DNA of 63,704 nucleotides, filler included, from Sphacelaria rigidula (lineage: Eukaryota): assembly GCA_964200075.2 (NCBI GenBank). It is 9 parts of 9 records of this genome, joined end to end, with 100 filler letters (N's around TTAATTAATTAA, not from the genome) between each part and the next. Parts side by side here need not be neighbours in the genome. Positions count along the whole stretch, not along the records: positions 42,539 to 49,527 come from CAXNAA020017063.1; positions 49,628 to 56,616 come from CAXNAA020017064.1; positions 56,717 to 63,704 come from CAXNAA020017066.1; 6 more parts are not named here. One strand, written 5' to 3'. A program made the translations under genes and the position numbers. The notes beneath the pieces are model-generated. The model was given only the letters and a program-made list of their open reading frames with translations. It was not told where the DNA came from and made no database searches. This document shows, piece by piece, positions 47,661 to 57,554 of the stretch (position 1 is its first letter; the number at the start of each line of letters is the position of its first letter).

Positions 47661-48182
47661 CTCGAACAAATCCTTGTTCTCCTTGGAGACGAAGTAAAAC
47701 TTGTAGCCATTCAGGACAGACGTATACTCCGGGGATCCAGACACAACGTCTCGTCCTCTCTCCAGCGAGAAGTACGACACAACGTCCGTTCCATTTAGCA
47801 CGGGCCACTCGCTATGACCAGCGCACTCCTGAGTCGTATAGGATGTCAAGGGATGCACTGGATGGCTTGCCCTGACCTCGGCCAACACACCAGCAGCCGA
47901 CATCATGTTGGTGTTGGTGTTTTCACGTCTTGTGGCTCTCCCTCGTGGGAATAGGTATCTGGCAGAGGCGGTCGAGAGGCAGAAGATACCTAAGGCGCTC
48001 AGGAACGTGAGGAACAACCCTCGAGCGCTTGCTCGCTCTGAGCTGTTAAAGGGGTACGTGAACGCATCCGAGTCTCCCCTCATCAGCCGCTTGGCTGCTG
48101 TACTTGTACTATAATCCTTGCGGTTGTTGCAGCTGCTACCATCAAGGGTCGACGGAGACGCTTGGTAGACTAGGCTCTTCAT
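47661..48182 (-). CDS. First exon of a membrane-anchored YHS-domain protein
   Basis: ATG at 48182, 174 codons, gag|gtgtgt donor. A hydrophobic segment (GLFLTFLSALGIFCLSTA) precedes PVLNGTDVVSYFSL...SGSPEYTSVLNGYKFYFVSKENKDLFE, which matches the G.D.V.YF...G.....Y.F.S.EN...F pattern of YHS-domain (seleno)proteins. Confidence 0.82.
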
Positions 48183-48835
48183 CACCTCTCTCTTGATTGT
48201 GGCCAGATCGCTATGTGGCGCAGGCGTTTACGCTGCCAGACAGCAGATGTGCTACCTGAGCGTTGATGCTACACGTCGGGTGGGTGGGTGGTGTTTCCCG
48301 TATGTGGTTCGAAATCGTGACCAATTTTCAATTCTGGATTTTTGAGCAAACGGGAACGGATGATACACTTGAATCAAATACAACACATAGCCTAGAATAA
48401 ACTACTCGTCGTACTGGATCATCTGGGTTTTGCATTCATTTGTCAAGTGAAAAGTATGCTGATACAGCATAATATATATATCCCCGACCCTGGGGTGAAT
48501 GGAGGGTGAGTGACATCTGTCCGTGTATTCACGACACGCAAGCGGTTCTCGATGTGCCTTCGTCGGGGTTAGGGTTAGCGTTATCGTGGTGGTGTTATAG
48601 TTTGTTCGAAGTTATAAGTTTCTGAGAATTTTCGCACCATCCCAAGTGGTGAACTGACCTCCGCCATCGAGGGGTAGGTTTTATCCGGGCGGTTCTCCAC
48701 GGTTACGAGCGCGATTCGAGCGCCGTTTGTTGCGTTGGGTGCTCACAACCCCAATGCAATGCACTGCAGCGCCCATTTCAGGGCACGTCCCACGGTCAGA
48801 TCAGTAAGCCGGAAATTATATTCAAATTATAGTTA

Positions 48836-49288
48836 CTCTGTCCCATAAGTAAAGGTACCTACATTTATTTGTGCGTACCCTTAACGATGTCCGATCGGTT
48901 TTTTTTTTAATGAACTCTACGGTGTTTTTTGGGTTAAGATATGTGTTTGAAATTTGCAGCTCGTGCTTGAACCATGCCGCCGTATGGCTGCAAAAGAAGT
49001 GGTCGGCTCAAAAATGGCCGGTTTTTGCCCCTTTCCGACGGGAAAAGAAGTGTCGGGTTTTTTTATTTTTTTTTAATCGCGTGGGGCTTCAAAATCACCA
49101 GCGTAGGATTTTTTTTTCGGGCCGACTAATTTTTGTGCAGCCGATCGGCGGCATGGTTCAAGCACGAGCTGCGAATTTTAAACACATTCTCTTGACCATA
49201 AAAACACCGTGGAGTTCATATTAAAAAAAAAAAACGGACATCGTTAAGGGCCCGTACAAATTCAGGTACCTTTGCTTATGGGACAGAG
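48836..49288. mobile_element. Tc1/mariner-like MITE with about 90-bp TIRs
   Basis: TA|CTCTGTCCCATAAGTAAAGGTACCT...AGGTACCTTTGCTTATGGGACAGAG|GA. The left TA is intact and the right is mutated. Confidence 0.75.
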
Positions 49289-49656
49289 GACGTATGTTTT
49301 TTCAGGTTTAGGTTGTACGCCTTCAAAGCTGGAAGATAAGGCCGCGGCCATGGGCTGCGTGTGGATGGTCAGCAACAGGATGTACGGTGTGAACAGGGAG
49401 GGTGTTGCCTGCGCGCGCGATCAACCCGTCAAAAGATTGGATTGTAAAAGCAAGTAACAGCCGATTTTATATTTTGGGGTTCAAACAAAATATGGGGCTG
49501 AAGTGGCATATCTGTCTTGCACGAAAGNNNNNNNNNNNNNNNNNNNNNNNNNNNNNNNNNNNNNNNNNNNNTTAATTAATTAANNNNNNNNNNNNNNNNN
49601 NNNNNNNNNNNNNNNNNNNNNNNNNNNGGACCCCTGGGGGGTCACTTAAAATGCGA

Positions 49657-49697
49657 CAATCAATCATCAATCAATCAACCAATCAATCAATCAATCG

Positions 49698-49737
<40 letters not shown>
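49657..49737. repeat. (TCAA)n microsatellite
   Basis: Direct observation. Similar tracts at 30841-30882 and 63133-63164. Confidence 0.9.
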
Positions 49738-50897
49738 GTCGAAATCAAAACCGTGCAGCTGGGAATTCCTACGCTTGGGTTCGTTCTCGCCCATGCCGCC
49801 CATATGAGGCGCTTCATGCAGGCTGAACCCAAACATCAGGCACCGAGTTCATAGGTACGGGTCGCTATGAAATAATTGAACTGAAATTATTATTCTTGTC
49901 GGGATTATTGCAGGACACGTGCGTTACGCACACCCTAATTGCCACAGAGAGGTCACCAAGATTGCACTGTTCGGTTATTTGCTGTCCGGGCCTGTTCTGG
50001 ACTTCAGTTCCCTCCGTTGGCTTGCTATAGTCTGTTCTGGACTTCAATTCCCTCCGTTGGCTTGCTATAGTCCAGGCCCGCAGAAGAGAAGGAGGAGAGC
50101 TGGGAAAAAAACAAAGTGCAGTCAGCATCGATGGCACCAAGTCCAAGCAAGCGAAGCGTACACCTTCGAGAGGAAGAGGCATTCTAGCACACGGAATCGT
50201 GTACACAAGAGAGATACATTATTGCGTTGGCTGTCTGATGTCCTGTTTGTAGAGTGCTTGGTTGTCTCCAGCGTTGTACCGCAACAACTTCCTGCCGCGA
50301 CACTGACTGTATCTGTATCGCAAGAAGATCCGCCAGTGCCGGCCAGCTAGTTGGCAGCGTGCTCGATTGTCGTGCATGTCTGTACGGCATCGATCAACGC
50401 GAGTCATTCAGAGCAACAGCACGCCAGCCTACAGAAGGGGGCCAGCAGCATTGATGCTTTGATGCGTGTGGAGTCTTTTTCTCGGTTCATGTTCCGTTCA
50501 AGCAACATCAAACACCACACAATGACGACGATGGAGCCATCTTGAATCGTGCGCCGTATCCAAGGCCGTGCAGATGCAGCAGCAACCTAAGCGCGAACGG
50601 AGACTGCAACACCAACCCAGGCCACTGCAACCATACCGCGGGCATGGCGACACTCATAGCGAACTTTGGGTACACTACCCAGTAAACCAATAGACAGAGG
50701 CTACCGTGACCTGTCCTTCCTCCTTCCTCCCTCCTCCCTTGTCCTGGCGGTGTGCGGTCCCACCGAATGAAGAGGAGGCCCACCGCTCGGTCGTAGTGCC
50801 CTCTACGGCATGATTACAGTCCTGGCTTTGTTTCTGAGAGGCGTTATTCTTCACAGTTGAATCATGGAAGACATTTTCTACGATAGCCCCCCCCCTC

Positions 50898-51918
50898 CCC
50901 CATGTCTAGTAGTTCCTATACATAGCGTCAATATCTTGCCAATATTAGAATCTCTATGAAACCCCGGATCGATGTATTCAGCGGATGACGACGAATTTTG
51001 GTGTGGACATTCCCTGGAGCACGGGGAGACGATAGATACCCTCACCTTCACCTAGTTCGTGATCTATCTCGAGATATGGCGCACATAAGTTTGCATACTA
51101 AAATCAGTATATTACGAGCAGATGCGCTAGATTAGCTGAACCTGGATATCGCGTCCCAGTTTTTGAGAGTTATGCTACAAAATTTCGTACGGAGAACTGC
51201 TAGTGCATAATAAAGCTTGTAAACACAGCTTTTTCATTTTTTTCGTTCTTCTCCCATTGTTTTCGGGTTTTTGGGGCAGTTTTGAGGAGAAATGAATACT
51301 GCTTTTGGACCTTATCTCAACTTTTTAGCTCAATTTCTATGAATTTAATTTAAAACTCAGCATGGAGGACCACAGAGGTATGCAAAAAATAAAAAATGAA
51401 TGGGTCTTCCTTTTTTTTGAGAGAGAGAGGTTCAGGCGTTCTCGTGAAAACATTGTCTTTACCAGACTTAACCGCCCTAAACCAATGAAGGAAATGAAAA
51501 AAATCGAACTCACCCACCTTGTTTCGTTGACTATGCCCTAGCCACGCCCCACACAAAGTTTCAATACACAAACACCAAACGTGAACCGGTAAATGGTCTG
51601 CAAAATATAGTTCCGGATTCCTTCTGACCCTGTCACTAAACGGCCCATTTTACGACCAATACTTGGAGTTGGACCCTGAAATTTGGTATGGACAATGAGG
51701 AGGGAATAATCAGAAAAATTACTGGTGCACACAAGTTTGTTTGTTTTTCCATGAGTTAAGGGCAATAATCAGTTTTCAGATATCGGTAAAATGCCCCTAA
51801 CTCATGGAAAAAAACGAAACAAACCTTGTATGCACTACATATTTTTTTTATTATGCCCTACTCATTGTCCATACCAAATTTCAGGGTCCAACTCCAAGTA
51901 TTGGCCGTATAATGGGCC
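50898..51918. mobile_element. Family E element with an inverted repeat at 51642-51918
   Basis: Homologous to 6498-6900. CCAATACTTGGAGTTGGACCCTGAAATTTGGTATGGACAATGAG mirrors CTCATTGTCCATACCAAATTTCAGGGTCCAACTCCAAGTATTGG. Confidence 0.75.
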
Positions 51919-52378
51919 TGCAAACTACAGAATCACTTCTCGGCTGGCCCAGCTCGTATGGCTGCAAGGCTTTTATCGGGGGCTGAACCGTCATTTTCTC
52001 CAGGGCGTTCGCCTGCTGTCGAACGAATATGCGACTCACGTGGAACCAACCCCAAGTCGAGTGGATGTCGTACTATACGCCGACGATCATCCTCAACAGC
52101 CCGACACGAGAGCATGTCTATGCATGTGTGTGTGGGAGGGAAGAGAGTGACGGGAGAGCAATGAGAGACAGGGCGATAGACAGAGAGAAGAAAGTTGCTG
52201 CTGTGATATTTTGCATGCAGCCTACTGTAGTGTGGGCCAAGTCCTGAGCGCGTCCTGCTCTGGAGTGCTTGCCACGTACTGTCGCCATTGATATACTCAC
52301 TGCGTGTTATTTAGGGCAGACAGGACAAGAATGCTAAGATTCTTGTTATAGAGGGAAACAGCCCAGACTATTCGTTAA

Positions 52379-52516
52379 GGCCCATAAAATAGTCTTACTG
52401 TAAAAGATGACTCTTGCTCAAAGACAGCTAGAACGTAGGCCTGGAAGCAGCCCGTCTTCAAAGATAACGTAACAGCTAATTGGCCTGGAACATTAATCTC
52501 GTCAGTTTCGTGGGCC
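52379..52516. mobile_element. PIF/Harbinger (Tourist)-like MITE
   Basis: TAA|GGCCCATAAAA...TTTCGTGGGCC|TAA: a 3-bp TAA duplication with short imperfect TIRs. Confidence 0.5.
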
Positions 52517-53613
52517 TAAGACTATTACCGACACTTCAAATAATTTCCTAAGGTAGCAGAACCTTCGGTATCTTTTGAGGTACGGAAACGCGCAGGTGCA
52601 GAGTCCGCGAATGGCAAGAGCGCGAAGTCACGATGCTGAGAGGAGAATTATGGATCCACGGTTGCCCTGCGTAGTTCATTAAAAGTGAGTCTACCCTACC
52701 TGGGCCTCGGAAAATACCGCTCAACCGAGTGCGGTACCTGCAGTCCCTATGGCAGGTGAGATCACGCACGGTTGTACGCGTTGTCGAGGGCTTGGAGGGC
52801 CGCGGGCTGGGGAAGGGGGGCGATCCGGTATGAGGAATCCCTTGACAGTAATACTCTGCAATAACATTTTCACTTGTTCTACACACGTGACATTACCGGC
52901 AGCGGCAGTCACGAATGATGATTGATGCTGCGTCACGACGCTTTGCCTGTGACGTTGAGTCTTGTCTTTTTCATTCCAGCGTCGGAGAGTTACGACCCTG
53001 GAGCGCTGCGCTACTCATCGCGACGCCGACGGAGGGGCGGGACTTACGTGGTATAACGTCAAGTACCAAGGTGAGGATGCGACGTAACCTACTCTGTTGA
53101 CAGTGCCTCAGGATGTGTTTCCCAACTTCGTTCCATGCGTGTGCTGCTGCAGGAGCGCTCAGGAGACGCACAAGGGCAGGGAATATGAAGTGGTCGCATC
53201 AGCGTATTTTTTTCAACACATATGCCCAAGGGCGGCAACTTTCTGCGAGGTCCACACAAAGGTTTGGTTTTGCACTAAACAGCACGTGATTGACCGGGTC
53301 TGACCCAGCGGAATCCGAGCTCATGACAAGCGTTGTACAAACCACGCTAGTGGTCGAGGTCAGATGCCATGCGTCGAATTCGGCGTGACGCGAAGGGCTC
53401 AACACGGCTGCGTCCGGTGCACTGTCGCGCGGAACGAGCCGGGCACTCGTGCCCGCACAGGGCCAGCGTACAGCTCTGCGGAATTGAGACAAGAAAACTG
53501 GAGGTTGTCGATGGTCAGGGGGGGGGCGTGCTCATTTGTTGCTTGCCTCAGTTGTTTGACGATTGACCACGCATCCCTTTCGAGATGGAGCACAGTTATG
53601 AGTTGTCGGTCGT

Positions 53614-53930
53614 GGGGGGGGGTGTACTCATGATCATGCATGCCATAGTCATGAGACCATTCATTGGCCTCGCATCCCTACAACGCCGGGATAGAGCACG
53701 CCGGCTTGTCGCCGGACCAGGCTCGCACCCAATCGCCAAGCGCGAAGCGCCGTGGTGTCCCCGTCGACTTGGATGAAGGGTGAGCTGCATCCTGCCAAGA
53801 TTGTTCGGTCTGAAGCCCACTGATTATCTTCCATTCGGATGACAGCCTATAATGAGTTGCTATATTGTCTGGTGTCGCCACTTCCAGAGACAGCCACGTC
53901 CTATACACTGCCTCATGGGTGCCTCACCAT
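53614..53930 (-). mobile_element. Family B repeat copy, preceded by a diverged end module at 53518-53593
   Basis: Reverse complement of 45421-45730. Confidence 0.8.
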
Positions 53931-54317
53931 CGATGATGACCAGGGGGGGGCACCACAGGCGGTGAAGCCAACAGCACCGACCTTGTCCTGCACGTGAACA
54001 TCGGTCGTCTGTCCCACCATTTACCGCAGAAAAAGCAAGGTGAATATATATGCAAGGACATGTCTTCACGTGGCCGCGAGCTCAACTCCGGACGACTTTC
54101 GGCGTGACCTCCGCCCGGATTTGCTGACTGTCCTACCTATTCTCTTCCGCGCCACTCCCTCCAGCGAGTGCAACAATAGTCGGCGACAAATCGCTGTTTG
54201 ATTTGTTTTGGTCTCGTGTGGACCGCCTTCCGACAATGATCAGTTTCGGAACTGCGACTTGCTGGTTTGGATCCACCAGTATCGTTAGTTTATTGTTCGA
54301 TCTTCGTACACACGTCA

Positions 54318-54565
54318 GAGTCCTTTCACGATAGCCCCCCCCCCAAACAAGATCGCTAGTTCGGGGAGGCAAAACCTACACGTAAATCGAAATGAAAAAA
54401 GGTCAAGCACAACAAACAGCTGAGAATTCCCACGCTTGGGTTCGTTTTCGCCGATGATGAGGAGGTGCTTCTTGCAGCCTGGAACCAAACATCAGGCGTT
54501 GTATGATAATTCTTTTCGTGGCAGTTGTGGTCTGGTTCTGGGGGGGGGTTATCGTGAAAAGCGTC
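54318..54565. mobile_element. MITE family G, second full copy
   Basis: TIRs ...TTTCACGATAGCCCCCC and GGGGGGTTATCGTGAAAA. Internal sequence colinear with 37496-37752. Confidence 0.78.
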
Positions 54566-54872
54566 ACCAATGGTGTAGTTGTGACGAATGCGTCAGAAAA
54601 AACGTCAGGCTCAGTGTTTCGGGCCAGGTGGATCGGGCGGAAGCATTTGTCTTCATGCTCACCCCTACGTATAAAAAAGGCCACGTCCATATTCCGGGAG
54701 AATCTCAAAAACATGGCCGATCTACAACTGAAACCAGCTGGCGCTACGGCACGTATCGCGGCCGCCCGGATCTTTGTTATTAGATTCAGTCGTTGCTTTC
54801 TTTTTTTCCAAAATTACACGAGAGCACTCTTCGACTTGAACAACCAGGAGGAAGGAGTCGGCAGTACATTCG

Positions 54873-55075
54873 GTACCGTACCATACCGTGTAGTACAGTG
54901 CAGAACCGTACCGTACCGTACCGTACCGTACACTGCACTGCACTACACTGCACTACACTACACTACACTGCACTACACTACGCTACACTACCGTCGCGTA
55001 CCGTACCGTGCCGTACCGTACCATACCGTCCCGTACAGTACAACACAGCACAGTAGAACAGTGCCGTAACACACC
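54873..55075. repeat. Compound pentanucleotide microsatellite (CCGTA)n-(CACTR)n-(CCGTA)n
   Basis: Direct observation. It explains the spurious RTVPY/HYTAL ORFs. Confidence 0.9.
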
Positions 55076-55467
55076 ATGCAGTACAGATTATCACGCGTGA
55101 CGGAACGATCTAACTCATACACCACAGGAGCATTTGTTTTCGTTTTTCACACTCGTCTTATAGGGGTCTAAACCTCTGAAAGATCAGAAGAGAACGACCA
55201 AATGCACGGCGAGTGTCGTTCTAGAACAATCTCTAGAGCGGCATTATATGTGTCCATTTTCTCGACAGAAAAATACTCTCTGGATGCTCCGCTTGCTTGG
55301 TTTTCCAGAAGCGCTGTGAACGGGTGTTTCCCACATAATTTCACCTAGCACCAATGACACCGTGTGTTCTGTGTGTGATATCTGTGAAATCAAGGTCAAA
55401 GACTCCCTCCTCCAAGTTTTTGTTTTTTGTCGTAGACGTGCATGAAACGTACTGGTGTATAACTCAC

Positions 55468-55555
55468 TTTGCCGTGAAGATCCTTGGCCAGTATCTCCGC
55501 CACCTTGGAGCTGCCGGTGAACTGGGTTACCTTCGGCTGTGCAGCCATCAACAAC
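55468..55555 (-). CDS. ALDH12A1: Single internal exon of aldehyde dehydrogenase family 12 (delta-1-pyrroline-5-carboxylate dehydrogenase)
   Basis: ggaaag acceptor, gtgagt donor, 88 nt. The translation LLMAAQPKVTQFTGSSKVAEILAKDLHGK matches the plant/algal ALDH12 NAD-binding segment (P..T.FTGSS.VAE.LA.DL.G). Flanking exons were not found in this contig. Confidence 0.8.
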
Positions 55556-55839
55556 CTTTCCAAGGACACGAAAAATAAGGCAAAAATATGGTGGGTCACG
55601 AACTAGAGTAAGAGAAGGCTCGTCGCAAGAAATACCTGGAAAGGCTCGAATTCTCTCCAACCTGCACAAATCCACAGCTAGTTCAAAGTATCGGACCTCA
55701 GCAATGCTCTATAGCTTAAAGTATCTTCGTTCCAAGAAGTTCCGCCCGCAAAGCCCACGGATGTACCCTGCAGGCCCCGCTTTATGGCGGTATCCAAGTA
55801 GTGCAGGGAGAATTTGACCGCCTTCCAGCGGGAATCAGC

Positions 55840-56335
55840 CTTGCACACCGTAGTCGTAAGACCAGTGACCTCGCATCCCTACAGAGCCGGGACGGAGAAA
55901 GCTGGGTTTTCGGCGGACCAGGCTCGCAATCAATCACCAAACGCGAAGCGCCGTGATGTGTCCGGCGAGTCGAATGAAAAGTGAGCCGCATTCTTACAAT
56001 ATTGTTCGGCCCGAAGCGTACTGATTATCTTGCGTATGGATGACAGCCTCAAATATATTGTTTCATGTTCTGGTATCGCTACTTCAAGAGACGGCCACGG
56101 ATTACACTGCCGCAAGGGTGTCTCAACCATTGTAAACACTGCGTACAGTAGTACGATCCTCCCTTTCGGGCGGAGGTGAGGTTGTCCACTCCGTAAGATA
56201 TGATCTAACTCGACCACTATGATAGTCACCGCAAAAAAAACGCGAAAGAGTTACGGCAAAGAATGGTGAAGTGGTTTGTCTAGCTTACGCAGTGAGTGGC
56301 GTGTTTCTGGCATCGTTGCCAATCGATGTCAAACC
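55840..56335 (-). mobile_element. Family B repeat, long copy
   Basis: Reverse complement of about 45220-45710. Confidence 0.8.
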
Positions 56336-56516
56336 CTTTGCTTGTGGAGAGGAGACCGGGGGGGGTGTACTCATGATCATGCATGCCATAGTCATCAATG
56401 GTGTAATGACTGTGGCATGCATGATCATGAGTACACCCCCCCCGGTCTCCTCTCCACGAGCTAAGGGGTGGCATCGATTGGCAACGATGCCAGAAACACG
56501 CCACTCACTGCGTAAG
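56284..56516. repeat. Near-perfect 233-bp palindrome built from family B modules
   Basis: CTTACGCAGTGAGTGGCGTGTTTCTGGCATCGTTGCCAATCGATG...GCCATAGTCAT, a short loop, then ATGACTGTGGC...CATCGATTGGCAACGATGCCAGAAACACGCCACTCACTGCGTAAG. Confidence 0.95.
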
Positions 56517-57554
56517 GACCGGGGGGGGGAAGGGGGGGGGGGGTACTCATTTGTTGCTTGCCTTAATCGGTAGAGCACCAGTCACGTCTCCCTTTCGAGC
56601 GGCAGCTCCTTTTCTANNNNNNNNNNNNNNNNNNNNNNNNNNNNNNNNNNNNNNNNNNNNTTAATTAATTAANNNNNNNNNNNNNNNNNNNNNNNNNNNN
56701 NNNNNNNNNNNNNNNNCGTCCCGGCTTTGTAGGGATGCGAGGTCTATGGTCTGATGACTATGGCATGCATGATCATGAGTACACTCCTGAGTACACTCCC
56801 CCCCCTCCCTGGTGATTGATTGCAAGCCTGGTCCGGCGAAACCTCGTCGTGCTCCGCCCCGATATTGTAGGGATGCGAGGTCAACGGTCATATGACCACG
56901 TCGTGCAAGATAACAGAGAGTTTCGGAAAACAATAACAGGTCAGAAAAATCCAGGGATATTTATCGCTTGATTAAATTTTAGTAAGAAGACGCAAAATAT
57001 CCCTGAGTTTTTGACTGAAAAAAATGTTTTCCGAAACTTTTTAATGACTACATCCTGGGGGGAAGGGGGCAGGTGTACTCATCATCTTGCATACCGTAGT
57101 TACATGACCGTTGACCTCGCATCCCTAGAAAGCCGGGACGGAGCACGCCGGGTTTTCGCCGGAACAAGCTCGCAATCGGCCAGGGGGTGCGGGGAGGTAA
57201 GGCTTTCCAACTCGACAAGAATGATCTCAACGTCAATTATGCGTATTCCTAGTAAATTTCCAGGTGGAGCAATAAGCCTAGAGGGGACGGGAGGGCGACT
57301 CTGTTATGACTTTTTGTGTTGGCGGAAACATTTCGTAGCTTCTATTTCAAATGTACGCCCGTAGTAATAATACGTTAGAACCCTGCCGTTATGCCCGTTC
57401 ATCAGGTTGCGTGCTAACGGGACTACGACTTGCACATGAACCCCTATGAGGGCGCATCGAATCTCAAATCGATTTCGCCTTCGGTTGAGGTTTTTCAGCA
57501 GGTCGAGCGGCTCTTCATCGACCATGCTACGGACGCGAGAGAGCTTCTTCGCAC

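Noticed and set aside
48563-48585. Interstitial telomeric tract GGGTTAGGGTTAG
   Set aside because: Only two units are present, and the TIRs of the 9446-9656 MITE are not nearby.
51930-53490. Exon-like segments in contig 8 (e.g. 52980-53070)
   Set aside because: There is no consistent phase chain and no ALDH12 or other recognisable motifs.
54503-55069. ORFs with RTVPY/HYTAL, poly-Ile or poly-PT repeats (also 29329-29927, 32522-32752)
   Set aside because: These are translations of microsatellites and MITEs.
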